Origin: an uncultured Pseudomonadota bacterium
Lineage (GTDB): Bacteria; Pseudomonadota; Alphaproteobacteria; RF32; CAG-239
NCBI GenBank assembly: GCA_902788365.1
Contig: CADAJN010000003.1
Coordinates: 58,656-122,655, forward strand
DNA: 64,000 bases
Direction: 5' to 3'
The notes beneath the pieces are model-generated. The model was not told the origin of the DNA, did no database searches, and saw only the letters and a list, made by a program, of their open reading frames with translations. A program made the translations under genes and the position numbers. Shown piece after piece: positions 50,731 to 60,553 of this stretch. Each line of letters starts with the position of its first letter. The first letter of the stretch is position 1.

Positions 50731-52866
50731 ATGTTACGACAATACGAACTGGTAGATTTGGTAAAGTCTTACGATCCTTACGCGGACGAAGATGCCTTAA
50801 ATCGTGCCTATGTATTTGCCCTAAAAAAACATGGTTCTCAGTTGCGCACTTCGGGCGACCCGTATTATTCGCATCCGATTGAAGTTGCCGGTATTTTAAC
50901 CAAATACAAATTGGATTGTGCGTCCATAATTGCCGCACTGTTACATGATACGGTAGAAGATACCGACACCACTCTGGAAGAAATTAAAGATTTGTTTGGC
51001 GAGCAAGTGGCACAGTTGGTTGACGGCTTAACCAAACTTGCCATGATTGAGCATAAATCAGGCTCCAGCAAGCAAGCCGAAAACTTTCGCAAACTTTTGC
51101 TGGCAATGTCGGAAGATATTCGCGTATTACTGATAAAACTGGCCGACCGCCTGCACAACATGCGCACCCTGCACTTTTGTCCGGCCGACAAACGCGCTCG
51201 TATTGCCCGCGAAACATTGGACATTTATGCGCCTCTGGCCGAGCGCATCGGTATGGAAGAAGTTAAATCGGAAATGGATGAAATTGCCTTTGCCGAACTT
51301 TACAAAGAAGCACACGATTCTATTGTGGCACGCCTTAACTTTTTACGCGAACAAGGCAGTAACGTTGTGCCGAAAATTATTGCTCAGCTTGAAAAAGATA
51401 TGTCTGATAACGGCATTAACTGCACCGTTACCGGCCGCGAAAAAACGCCGTATTCAATTTGGCGCAAAATGCAGCTCAAAAACGCTTCGTTTGAACAGCT
51501 TTCCGATATTATGGCCTTTCGCATTTGCGTTGATACGGTTGCCGATTGTTATCAGGCTTTGGGTATCATTCACAGCAAATATCACATGGTACCACGCCGT
51601 TTTAAAGACTATATTTCCACACCGAAACCAAACGGTTATCAATCGTTGCACACCGGCGTTATCGGTCCTGAAGATGTGCGTATTGAAGTGCAAATTCGCA
51701 CCTTTGAAATGCACGAAGTGAATGAAAAAGGTGTGGCCGCCCACTGGGCATATAAGCAATCGCAACGCACCGAGGGTAAAAACTTTCGCTGGATTCGCGA
51801 ACTTTTGGAAATTTTGGATCAGGCGCAAAATCCGGACGAATTTTTGGAAAACACCAAACTTGAGATGTATAATGATCAGGTGTTTTGCTTTACGCCGAAA
51901 GGCGATTTAATCGGCCTGCCGGTCGGCTCAACGCCGGTTGACTTTGCTTATGCTGTGCACTCAAATGTGGGCGATACCTGCGTCGGTGCAAAAATCAACG
52001 GCGAAATCAAACCACTGCGCACCATATTGCAAAACGGTGATCAAGTTGAAGTTTTAACCGCCAAAAATCAGCATCCTTCGTTGGAATGGGACAGATTTGT
52101 CGTTACCGGCAAGGCCAAAGCCGCCATCCGTCGTTATGTGCGTATTAACAAGCGCGAACAATTTATTACTTTGGGCAAAGAAATTTTGGAAAAATTGTTT
52201 AAATCGGAGGATCAGAGCTTTACCGAAAAAGAGCTGGTGGCGGTTATTCCGAATTTTGAAGCCGAAACCATTGATGACATTTATGCCAAAGTCGGCGAAG
52301 GGCTGATTACCGGTTGGGAAGTTTTGCGTGCCGTGCATCCGGCTTATAAACAGAACAAGCTTGAAAAAATGGTCAACTCCATCAAGTTACCGGTATTCAA
52401 GAAAAACACCAAACGCGATTCGCTTAAGATTAAAGGCTTGATTGAAGGCATGGCTGTGCATTTTGCCGGCTGTTGCCACCCGTTGCCGGGTGATAAAATC
52501 GTTGGCATTGTAACCACCGGTAAAGGGGTAACAATTCACACGGCCGATTGTCCGTCACTCAAAAATTATGAACAGGAACCGGAACGCTGGCTTGATGTGG
52601 ATTGGGGTGATGAAGCCGAAAATGAAAAGCACGTGGCGCGCTTAAAATTAATGCTCAGCAACGAACCCGGCGCCCTCGCCGATGTAGCTAACATTGTTGC
52701 CAAAGCCGAAGCCAACATTATGAATCTGAACATCACATATCGCACCATGAGCTATTATGAAATTTTGCTGGACTTGGAAGTTAAAAATGTTGACCAGTTA
52801 AACGCACTGATTTTGGCACTCAAATCATCTAAACTCATCAGCTATGTGGCACGCGCCACCAAATAA
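50731..52866 (+). CDS. spoT: Bifunctional (p)ppGpp synthetase/hydrolase (RelA/SpoT homologue)
   Basis: HD hydrolase (HD at ...LLHDTVEDT), synthetase, TGS and ACT domains. 711 aa. Confidence 0.95.
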   Translation: MLRQYELVDLVKSYDPYADEDALNRAYVFALKKHGSQLRTSGDPYYSHPIEVAGILTKYKLDCASIIAALLHDTVEDTDTTLEEIKDLFGEQVAQLVDGLTKLAMIEHKSGSSKQAENFRKLLLAMSEDIRVLLIKLADRLHNMRTLHFCPADKRARIARETLDIYAPLAERIGMEEVKSEMDEIAFAELYKEAHDSIVARLNFLREQGSNVVPKIIAQLEKDMSDNGINCTVTGREKTPYSIWRKMQLKNASFEQLSDIMAFRICVDTVADCYQALGIIHSKYHMVPRRFKDYISTPKPNGYQSLHTGVIGPEDVRIEVQIRTFEMHEVNEKGVAAHWAYKQSQRTEGKNFRWIRELLEILDQAQNPDEFLENTKLEMYNDQVFCFTPKGDLIGLPVGSTPVDFAYAVHSNVGDTCVGAKINGEIKPLRTILQNGDQVEVLTAKNQHPSLEWDRFVVTGKAKAAIRRYVRINKREQFITLGKEILEKLFKSEDQSFTEKELVAVIPNFEAETIDDIYAKVGEGLITGWEVLRAVHPAYKQNKLEKMVNSIKLPVFKKNTKRDSLKIKGLIEGMAVHFAGCCHPLPGDKIVGIVTTGKGVTIHTADCPSLKNYEQEPERWLDVDWGDEAENEKHVARLKLMLSNEPGALADVANIVAKAEANIMNLNITYRTMSYYEILLDLEVKNVDQLNALILALKSSKLISYVARATK

Positions 52867-52877
52867 GGAATAAAAAA

Positions 52878-53270
52878 ATGATTGCAGGAATGGGTTGCGA
52901 CATTGTTAATATTCGGCGAATTGAAAAATCTGCGGCTTTTTTGACGCATTTTCAAAACAAAATTCTCGGTCCTGAAGAACAGGCCGAAGTGGCAAAAGAA
53001 AACATCAAAACCGAAAAAGAACAGGCCTGTCTGCTCGCCAAATATTATGCCGGTAAAGAAGCCTTTGCCAAAGCACTCGGCACCGGATTCATTGACGGCA
53101 TTTTCTTAAAAGATATTCAAATTTTGCATGATAAACGCGGCAAACCGGAGCTGCATATTTCCGGTAATGCCTTACAATATCTGCAAAAAATGTCTGCATC
53201 TTTGCAAACCCATATCAGCTTGAGCGACGATTATCCTTTTGCCGAAGCCGTTGTTATTATTGAATCTTAA
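52878..53270 (+). CDS. acpS: Holo-[acyl-carrier-protein] synthase
   Basis: MIAGMGCDIVNIRRIEK N-terminus. 130 aa. Confidence 0.85.
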   Translation: MIAGMGCDIVNIRRIEKSAAFLTHFQNKILGPEEQAEVAKENIKTEKEQACLLAKYYAGKEAFAKALGTGFIDGIFLKDIQILHDKRGKPELHISGNALQYLQKMSASLQTHISLSDDYPFAEAVVIIES

Positions 53271-53366
53271 ACCACCAATATTTTGCATTTTATTGCTAAA
53301 AAATTGTATCATTTTAAATTTTTTTGCGTTATGATGACGCAAATTAGTTTTTTTGTGAGGATAAAA

Positions 53367-54374
53367 ATGAAAAAAATTGCCATTATCGGCGTTACAACCA
53401 GCGCCGGCCGCGAACTCTTAAACATGTTGGAAGAAAACGGTTTTGCCGCAGATAACATTTTTGCCGTTGAAACGGATAGCCCGCTCGGCACGCAAATTTC
53501 ATATGGCGAAGATGTGGATATGGATGTATATAATCTCAAAGATTTTGACTTTGCATCGGCAGAAATTGCCGTTTTCATGACCACACCGGAACTGACCAAA
53601 CACTATGTGCCGCGCGCACTGGCCAAAGGAGCTCGTGTCATTGACGGCACCGGTGCTTATGCCTTAGAAGCCGAAGTGCCGCTTATTATTTGCGGCTTAA
53701 ATGATGAGCAAATCAATGATAACGCCAAAGTGGTAGCTTTGCCATCACCACAGGTTACACAAATTTTATTGCCGCTCAAAAACGTGGCTGCCAAAAACAA
53801 AATCAAACGCATGGTCATTAACACTTATATGGCCGTATCACTTTACGGCAAAGAAGCCATGGACGAATTGTTTAATCAAACCCGCAAAATTTTTATGAAT
53901 GAGCCGTTGGTAGACGACGAAAACATTTTTCACAAGCAAATTGCTTTTAACGTTTTACCGCAAGTCGGAGAATTTATCGGTGATGAAACCAAGTATGAAT
54001 GGGCAATGAATGTTGAAATCAAAAAAATCTTAGACCCGAATATTAAAATTCACGCCAACTGTGCTTTTGTGCCGGCATTTATCGGTATCGGTGCGTTTGT
54101 TAATGTGGAATGTGCCCGCGCCGTTGATGTTGACGATGTGCGTAACATTATGCGCGAAACCAAAGGTGTTGTGGTGTTTGATAAGCACGTTGATTGCGGC
54201 TATGTATCATTAAACGATGCGCAAAGCGAAAGCGATGTTTATGTCAGCCGTCTGCGTCAAGATGTTTCAGTTAACAACGGCTTTAGTTTTTGGTGTGCGG
54301 CAGATGATTTGCGCGCCGGCACAGCCTTAAATGCTTATAATATTCTGCAACTCTATCTGAATAGGAAAAACTAA
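53367..54374 (+). CDS. Aspartate-semialdehyde dehydrogenase family protein (divergent NAD(P)-binding motif)
   Basis: Start at MKKIAIIGVTTSAGREL (GTGAGG RBS). ANCAFVP active-site Cys region. C-terminal dimerisation domain. Confidence 0.65.
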   Translation: MKKIAIIGVTTSAGRELLNMLEENGFAADNIFAVETDSPLGTQISYGEDVDMDVYNLKDFDFASAEIAVFMTTPELTKHYVPRALAKGARVIDGTGAYALEAEVPLIICGLNDEQINDNAKVVALPSPQVTQILLPLKNVAAKNKIKRMVINTYMAVSLYGKEAMDELFNQTRKIFMNEPLVDDENIFHKQIAFNVLPQVGEFIGDETKYEWAMNVEIKKILDPNIKIHANCAFVPAFIGIGAFVNVECARAVDVDDVRNIMRETKGVVVFDKHVDCGYVSLNDAQSESDVYVSRLRQDVSVNNGFSFWCAADDLRAGTALNAYNILQLYLNRKN

Positions 54375-56800
54375 TGCACCATCTGTTTTCTAAAATCTTT
54401 GCACTGTTTTTAACTGTTGCCGTTTTGTTTAGCAGTTCAACGGTTTTTGCGGCCGATGCAACCAAAGCCGCACCGCAGCCGACACCGGCTAAAACAAGTA
54501 TTTTGCCGCAATCGGCAGATTTTAATACCGTAACCACGCAAATTGAAAAAATCCGCAAAAGCCTGGCAAAACCGTCTGTTTCTAAGGAAAAAATTGAGGA
54601 ATACACTTCTTATCTGACCCGCACCGAAGCCGCTATTATGGAAAATCGGCGTGAAATGGAAAAGCAGGTGAAATCTCTGCAAAAACAAATTGACGCCCTA
54701 GGTGAAGGCGGCGAAACGGAAGACGCTTTTATCACTAAGCAACGTGATGAATTGATGCAAAAGTTAGCAACGCAAGACCGCATACTTAAAGAAGCTGATT
54801 TGATGATTGTGCAAATAGAAGACTTAACCGTGCACATTTTAAATGTCCGTAATCAGAAAATATACGGAGAATTGATTACCAAACATTCGGCATTTATAAA
54901 CCCGTTGGTCTTTTTTAACGGTATTAAAGCTTATGTCGTTTATTTTTGGGATGTTACCAAATCGCCGGTTGAGTGGTATCAGAATTTGCCACAAGAGCAG
55001 CGTTCCTATGCACTTTTCAGCATTGTTGTAATGTTTATCATTTTAATGCTAGCGGTTGGACTGGCCGTATTTTTGCGCCGCCTGATTTTGCGCAACTGGG
55101 GCTATAAAGAAGATATTGCCGAACCGAGCTTTAACCGCAAAGTTGTTGCCGCCATTGCCGTGGCCGTGGCACGCGGTTTGATTTCCATGTTCTTGGTCGG
55201 CGGCTGTATTTTGTGGATGGTCAGCACCAAAATTTTTGAAAACAGCCTTTTGGAAAAAATTCTGATGACCACTGCATATATCACCATGTTGGCCATTGTA
55301 GAAACCACAGTTTCGCGAGTGACTTTTGCTCCGCATTATCCGCAATGGCGCTTAGTTAATATTGCCAGTGAAAAAGCCGCTCGCTTTACACGCATGATTT
55401 TCACCTTCATTTTACTCAATGCCATGGCAACAATTCAACTTCTTGTGGCACAATACGCCGAATATCCGATAGACGCTATTCATTTTGCCATGATTATTGC
55501 TTGCGCCGTCAAAGCCTTTTTCCTCATGTGGTTTACTAAAGTGGCATTTGATACATATAAATCGGAAACTTCCGAAGAAGCCGGTGAAATTGAAGAAAAT
55601 GAAGACCATGGCTTTAAAATGATTATTTTCAGCCACATCTTTTGCTTTGGCACACTTTTGCTGTCATTGCTCGGTTATCCGGAATTGTCATTGTTCATCT
55701 TTAACCATATCATCTTATCATTGATTTTGTGCGGTTTATTTGAAGTTTTACGTCGTTCCTTCATTGATATTTTGCGCAAGCTCATACTTTCCGGCCCTTG
55801 GGCTAAGGGCTTTCATCACTATAAAAAAACGGCCGAAAAGGTTGATTTTTGGTTACGTGCCATTATCAATCCGGCCATGGCTCTGGCTTTGATTTTTGTA
55901 TTATTGACATTCTGGGGGTTGCCGGGAGATTTGATGCTGGCTGCCCTCAAAAAATTGTTGTTTGGGTTTAAAATCGGCGGCATTCAAATTTCATTGCTTG
56001 CCATTATGCTCGGCATCGGTGTCTTTTTCGGCTCGCTTGCCTTAATGCGCATCATCAAAAACAAACTGGCCACCAATGTTTTGGCTAAAATAGATATGGA
56101 TGACGGCATTCGCCATTCGCTGATTTCGGGTTTCAGCTTTATCGGCTTTATTATGGCGGCGCTTTTGGCAATTATTGCCGTCGGCATAGATTTAACTAAC
56201 CTTGCTTTCATCGCCGGTGCTTTATCGGTCGGTATCGGTTTCGGCCTGCAAGATGTAATTAAAAACTTAGTTGCCGGTATCATTATTTTATTTGAACGCC
56301 CGTTCCGTGTCGGCGACTGGGTGGTTTTAGGCGGCGTTGAAGGAAAAATTCAGCAAATAAACATTCGCTCTACCGAACTGTTGAGCTTTGATAAAACCAG
56401 CGTAATTATTCCGAATGCTACGCTGATTTCTTCAACCGTAACCAATAAAACACATGATGACAATATGTCGCGACAAAATGTTACGGTTGGCGTGGCTTAC
56501 GGCTCGGACGTAGAAAAAGTCAGCAAAATTTTATTGGAATGCGCCGCTGAGCATAAATTGGTGATGAAAAATCCGGCGCCGTATGTGTTGTTTAAGGATT
56601 TCGGTGCCAGCAGCCTGGATTTTGAATTACGTTTTTATGTAAAAGACATTAACTCCGGTTGGACGGCGCCGAGCGATTTGCGCTATATGATAAATAAGCG
56701 CTTTATTGAGGAAGGTATTGAAATTCCGTTCCCGCAAGTGGTGGTTCACAACGGCGACGCCAATACGGAAAAAACAATACCTATTGAGGGAAATATATAA
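54374..56800 (+). CDS. Mechanosensitive channel, MscK/KefA-like (MscS family) with a periplasmic N-terminal coiled-coil domain
   Basis: 808 aa. MscS core FERPFRVGDWVVLGGVEGKIQQINIRSTEL. Confidence 0.85.
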   Translation: MHHLFSKIFALFLTVAVLFSSSTVFAADATKAAPQPTPAKTSILPQSADFNTVTTQIEKIRKSLAKPSVSKEKIEEYTSYLTRTEAAIMENRREMEKQVKSLQKQIDALGEGGETEDAFITKQRDELMQKLATQDRILKEADLMIVQIEDLTVHILNVRNQKIYGELITKHSAFINPLVFFNGIKAYVVYFWDVTKSPVEWYQNLPQEQRSYALFSIVVMFIILMLAVGLAVFLRRLILRNWGYKEDIAEPSFNRKVVAAIAVAVARGLISMFLVGGCILWMVSTKIFENSLLEKILMTTAYITMLAIVETTVSRVTFAPHYPQWRLVNIASEKAARFTRMIFTFILLNAMATIQLLVAQYAEYPIDAIHFAMIIACAVKAFFLMWFTKVAFDTYKSETSEEAGEIEENEDHGFKMIIFSHIFCFGTLLLSLLGYPELSLFIFNHIILSLILCGLFEVLRRSFIDILRKLILSGPWAKGFHHYKKTAEKVDFWLRAIINPAMALALIFVLLTFWGLPGDLMLAALKKLLFGFKIGGIQISLLAIMLGIGVFFGSLALMRIIKNKLATNVLAKIDMDDGIRHSLISGFSFIGFIMAALLAIIAVGIDLTNLAFIAGALSVGIGFGLQDVIKNLVAGIIILFERPFRVGDWVVLGGVEGKIQQINIRSTELLSFDKTSVIIPNATLISSTVTNKTHDDNMSRQNVTVGVAYGSDVEKVSKILLECAAEHKLVMKNPAPYVLFKDFGASSLDFELRFYVKDINSGWTAPSDLRYMINKRFIEEGIEIPFPQVVVHNGDANTEKTIPIEGNI

Positions 56801-56958
56801 AAAAACCGCCCCTTTCGGAGCGGATTTCTTATTGGTGCCGATTAGGAGATGGCGCTGCGCTTTCGCTTGCGGATCTTCTCTGCATTGCGACGCTTGCCGC
56901 AATGCTACTCGATTCCGACGCCCGTCGGGCATTCTTCTCCCCTTCCGATAATCAATAA
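56801..56958 (-). repeat. tRNA-Thr-linked 158-bp unit, copy 2: terminator, TTGGTGCCG, GC-rich structured body, CGATAATCAAT
   Basis: Near-identical tandem copy of 56959-57116. Each unit carries an approximately 17-nt copy of the tRNA-Thr 3' end. Confidence 0.75.
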
Positions 56959-57116
56959 AAAAACCGCCCCTTTCGGAGCGGATTTCTTATTGGTGCCGGT
57001 TAGGAGATGGCGCTGCGCTTTCGCTTGCGGATCTTCTCTGCATTGCGACGCTTGCCGCAATGCTACTCGATTCCGACGCCCGTCGGGCGTTCTTCTCCCC
57101 TTCCGATAACCAATAA
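56959..57116 (-). repeat. tRNA-Thr-linked 158-bp unit, copy 1
   Basis: AAAAAAACCGCCCCTTTCGGAGCGGATTTCTTATTGGTGCCGGTTAGGAGATGGCGCTGCGCTTTCGCTTGCGG...internal hairpin GCATTGCG/CGCAATGC. Confidence 0.75.
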
Positions 57117-57148
57117 AAAAACCGCCCCTTTCAGAGCGGAGTTTTTAT

Positions 57149-57224
<76 letters not shown>

Positions 57225-57395
57225 ATAGCAAAAACATACATAACCCACTTTTTCATATTTTGCAAGCAAAAAAATACCCGCGTTTCACAAAAAATTTTGC
57301 TCTTTTAACATTTTTGCCAAAAAAACTTGACTTCATTTCCAAAAAAATGTATTCTTAATCCAATCATTTATTACTTACATATAACTTTCAATATT

Positions 57396-57671
57396 ATGAA
57401 CAAGATTTCTATTAAAGACGTTAGAAGTGCGATTGTGTATGTGTGCCAAAATGATGGGCTTCATCTGCAGGACATCAGCGATGAGAAGCTCGCTCGGCTG
57501 GACCTTGTTAAGGACTTGAACATCGGCAATGTTCGACTTGTTAACGTGGCAACCGAACTGCAACGCACCCACAATTTCAACCTGCCGTGGGAGGTGCTCC
57601 GCACCCGCGAGGACAACACCGTCGGCACATTCTTGAAGGTCATCAATCAGTATTTATCATCTGAATGCTGA
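57396..57671 (+). CDS. Hypothetical small protein (91 aa), GC-richer than its surroundings
   Basis: Start MNKISIKD. Followed by a hairpin terminator at 57697-57730. Confidence 0.4.
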   Translation: MNKISIKDVRSAIVYVCQNDGLHLQDISDEKLARLDLVKDLNIGNVRLVNVATELQRTHNFNLPWEVLRTREDNTVGTFLKVINQYLSSEC

Positions 57672-57797
57672 TAGTATGATTACAGTTTTTAACCTCTTAC
57701 ACAAAAGACCGCTCCTTTGTGACCGGTCTTTTAACTTTTTAAACCTTTTTCTTTTTAACTTACCCAAGTAAATTGACGCATATTTCCCTATCATTGC

Positions 57798-58319
57798 TTA
57801 TTTGTAACGCCCCCGATTTTGATAAATTTGCACAAAAGTCCAACCGGTTAAAACTACGCAAGCGACAGCCGACGGATATGCCTGCACATAAAAATTATGA
57901 ATAAACCATAAAAGCAGATTAGAAACCAAAGCCCAACGCATTTGTTGTTCGTTTTTTGTTGTATACATAAAAATAGTATAACTGGCAGAGGCAATAATGG
58001 GAAATAGGCCGATAATACCGAGATTATTAACATAAAGCCCGATAGCCACGTTTATAATTAGCAGAATATAGGTGATATTTTTAGTTAGTTTGCCTTTATA
58101 AGATAAAATATTACGAATAAGGCAAAACACACTGATGACCAGCGCCGCATATGCCGAAAGCGCAATGCAAGCTGCAATTCCGAAAAGCGGATCGCCGATT
58201 TGCCAATACATAAAATCTTTTTTGTTTTTCTTAATAACCGACACAGCAATACAAATTGCCGACAATAGAGAAAATATATTTCCGATAATTAGGTATGCCG
58301 GCATTGTTTCAAATCTCAT
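57798..58319 (-). CDS. Small polytopic inner-membrane protein (YgjV-like, tentative). Paralogue of 59640-60140
   Basis: About 5 TM segments. Shares a QQMR-containing segment with the paralogue. Confidence 0.45.
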   Translation of the reverse strand: MRFETMPAYLIIGNIFSLLSAICIAVSVIKKNKKDFMYWQIGDPLFGIAACIALSAYAALVISVFCLIRNILSYKGKLTKNITYILLIINVAIGLYVNNLGIIGLFPIIASASYTIFMYTTKNEQQMRWALVSNLLLWFIHNFYVQAYPSAVACVVLTGWTFVQIYQNRGRYK

Positions 58320-58635
58320 TTATATCAAGCAAAGGAATTATATTTACAACAGGTTCCTCATACGGGTGAATTTCTTTTATGGCTGAAATTGTTTTGTTTA
58401 AATTTTCTTTTAAGCAGATAACTTCTACTTTCATTTCCGGCTCTTGACTTATTTTATCGTGTTTGCCTAAATACGGTTTTGCCGCATCTAACGGACGCCA
58501 AGTTCCTGTAACTTCGCTATATGATAAACAAGAATCATAATTTCCTATGTGTCCGGCATCAACTTTTTGCAAAGTTGTTTGTAGTTGTTTCAAATGCGTT
58601 TTCGGAATAAAAATTTCTAATTTATATTTTTCCAT
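58309..58635 (-). CDS. Small conserved hypothetical protein (possible Nif3/YqfO insert-domain-like)
   Basis: VDAGHIGNYDSCLSYSEVTGTWRPL...IKEIHPYEEPVVNIIPL resembles the stand-alone metal-binding domain. Tentative. Confidence 0.35.
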   Translation of the reverse strand: MEKYKLEIFIPKTHLKQLQTTLQKVDAGHIGNYDSCLSYSEVTGTWRPLDAAKPYLGKHDKISQEPEMKVEVICLKENLNKTISAIKEIHPYEEPVVNIIPLLDINEI

Positions 58636-58826
58636 ATTTTGTTCCTTTTCTATGTTAGAATAAACTAATACAGAAGAAAATCAATAGGTTTATTAAAAAA
58701 TTCGATAGTTGATGAGAAAGTGCTATTTTCAGAAAATAAACAATCGGACTGAAAATTATGAAAATTTTAAGAAATTAAGCTACAAATTAGAAGAAGTAAG
58801 TGAAATTATATACTTGAAAGAATAAC

Positions 58827-59591
58827 ATGGAAACGCAAATTAATATTTGTATTAAATTGAATCTTCCTGATATTCCTTATAAAAACAAATTAGCTTTTAT
58901 TTGTCATGGAATAACCGGATATAAAGAGCAGGATGTTATTTTACAAGTTGTTTCATCTCTAAAATCACAAGGATATACCATTATTAGTTTTGATTGTCGC
59001 AACTCCAGAGGTAAAAGTTTTAACAATCATCAATGTGCCACCATAACTGATTTTTGTGATGATTTAAAAACAGTAATAGATTGGGCAAAGAATCAAAGTT
59101 TTTATACAAATTCCTTTATATTAGCCGGTCATTCTTTAGGAGTAGCTACTATATTAGATTATGCCATTAAGAACTCTAACCAAATAAATGCTATTATCTC
59201 TATTGCAGGAGTTTTCAGCGGGCAGGATTTGTTAAATAATACCCAAGAATTTACTCCTGAATTCTTAAATTCCTTAAAAAGACATGGAATCACTCGTTGT
59301 AATGGAAAAGTTGAATGTTATTTGGATTTCAAATATTTAGAAGATGCTCAAAATTATGACTTTTACCAGGGTATAGAAAAATTTAATAAACCTATTCTTT
59401 TAATAACTGGTGACAAAGATATCGCATCAACACCTCAAAATAATCAAGATTTCTTTAATCAGATAAAAGGGAAGAAAGAACTGCATATATTAAAGAATTG
59501 CTCTCATATATATGAAACAAAAGATAATCAAAACGACTTAGACAATATAATATCTAGTTTCATATCTACAATAAGGTCAGATAATTTATGA
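58827..59591 (+). CDS. Alpha/beta-fold hydrolase
   Basis: Nucleophile elbow GHSLG. FICHGITG oxyanion region. C-terminal His in NCSHIYE. Confidence 0.7.
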   Translation: METQINICIKLNLPDIPYKNKLAFICHGITGYKEQDVILQVVSSLKSQGYTIISFDCRNSRGKSFNNHQCATITDFCDDLKTVIDWAKNQSFYTNSFILAGHSLGVATILDYAIKNSNQINAIISIAGVFSGQDLLNNTQEFTPEFLNSLKRHGITRCNGKVECYLDFKYLEDAQNYDFYQGIEKFNKPILLITGDKDIASTPQNNQDFFNQIKGKKELHILKNCSHIYETKDNQNDLDNIISSFISTIRSDNL

Positions 59592-59639
59592 ATTTCTTAA
59601 TTATTATTTTTTATAATTTCTGCATTTAGGAGAAATTAT

Positions 59640-60140
59640 ATGATTTGGCTCGGATATTTTTTTACTATTCTTAATTACGCCTGCTATTGCTTAAGTCGTT
59701 TTATGAAACACAAAAAAATGATGCTGTTGCTGGATTTATTAGCAAAAGTTTTTACGGCACTTGGACTATATTTTTTAGATTCATTAAGCGGTGCATATAT
59801 TTTTATGGCAGTATTCTTTATGTTGATAATTGCCAACATAAAAGAACGATTAAATAAAAGATGGCTTTTTGGATATATCTTTTTTCAGAGTTTATATCTT
59901 GCCATTTTGTTTTATACTTACGCCGGAATTTCATCAATTTTAGTTGTAACAACTGTATCAATCACGCTGTTTTGTATTTGGTGGCTACCTCCTCAACAAA
60001 TGCGTATTGTCGGCGGATTAAATTGCTTCACATATCTGGCTTATCAAATAAGTATAAAAAATTGGGCAGGATTGTTAGAGATTTTAGTGATTTTAAGTAA
60101 TCTGTTTTCATTTTTAAAATATAGAAAATCAAATAATTGA
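59640..60140 (+). CDS. Small polytopic inner-membrane protein, paralogue of 57798-58319
   Basis: 166 aa, about 5 TM segments. Confidence 0.45.
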   Translation: MIWLGYFFTILNYACYCLSRFMKHKKMMLLLDLLAKVFTALGLYFLDSLSGAYIFMAVFFMLIIANIKERLNKRWLFGYIFFQSLYLAILFYTYAGISSILVVTTVSITLFCIWWLPPQQMRIVGGLNCFTYLAYQISIKNWAGLLEILVILSNLFSFLKYRKSNN

Positions 60141-60553
60141 TGAAAAAATAAATAGTGTCATGCCTATTTTGCCAACAGGCAAAATTCAAGGCATCTTCAA
60201 ATTAAAAAAATTAGTGCTTCGCAAAGACCAGATTCCTTGATGACCTGACGCGCAGCGCAGGTCAAGGAATGACATAAAAAAATAAAAAGTCCGATAAATT
60301 TAGGAAAAAATGCAGTTTTGATGAACGACACAATCGGACTTGGTAAGAGCACGTTCCAACAAAAGCAAAAACCCGCCTCAAGGGCGGGTTTCTTGCATTG
60401 GTGCGCTTTTGCTATGCGACTATCGGACTGAAAATGCGCAAGAATATAGAGAACTGGGATATAAAATAGAGAAAGTATTGGAAAATATCTAAAAGCATAT
60501 TGAAAGAAAATTTGTAGTTTTGTATTCTGAACAAATGTTTTAGGAGATTAATT

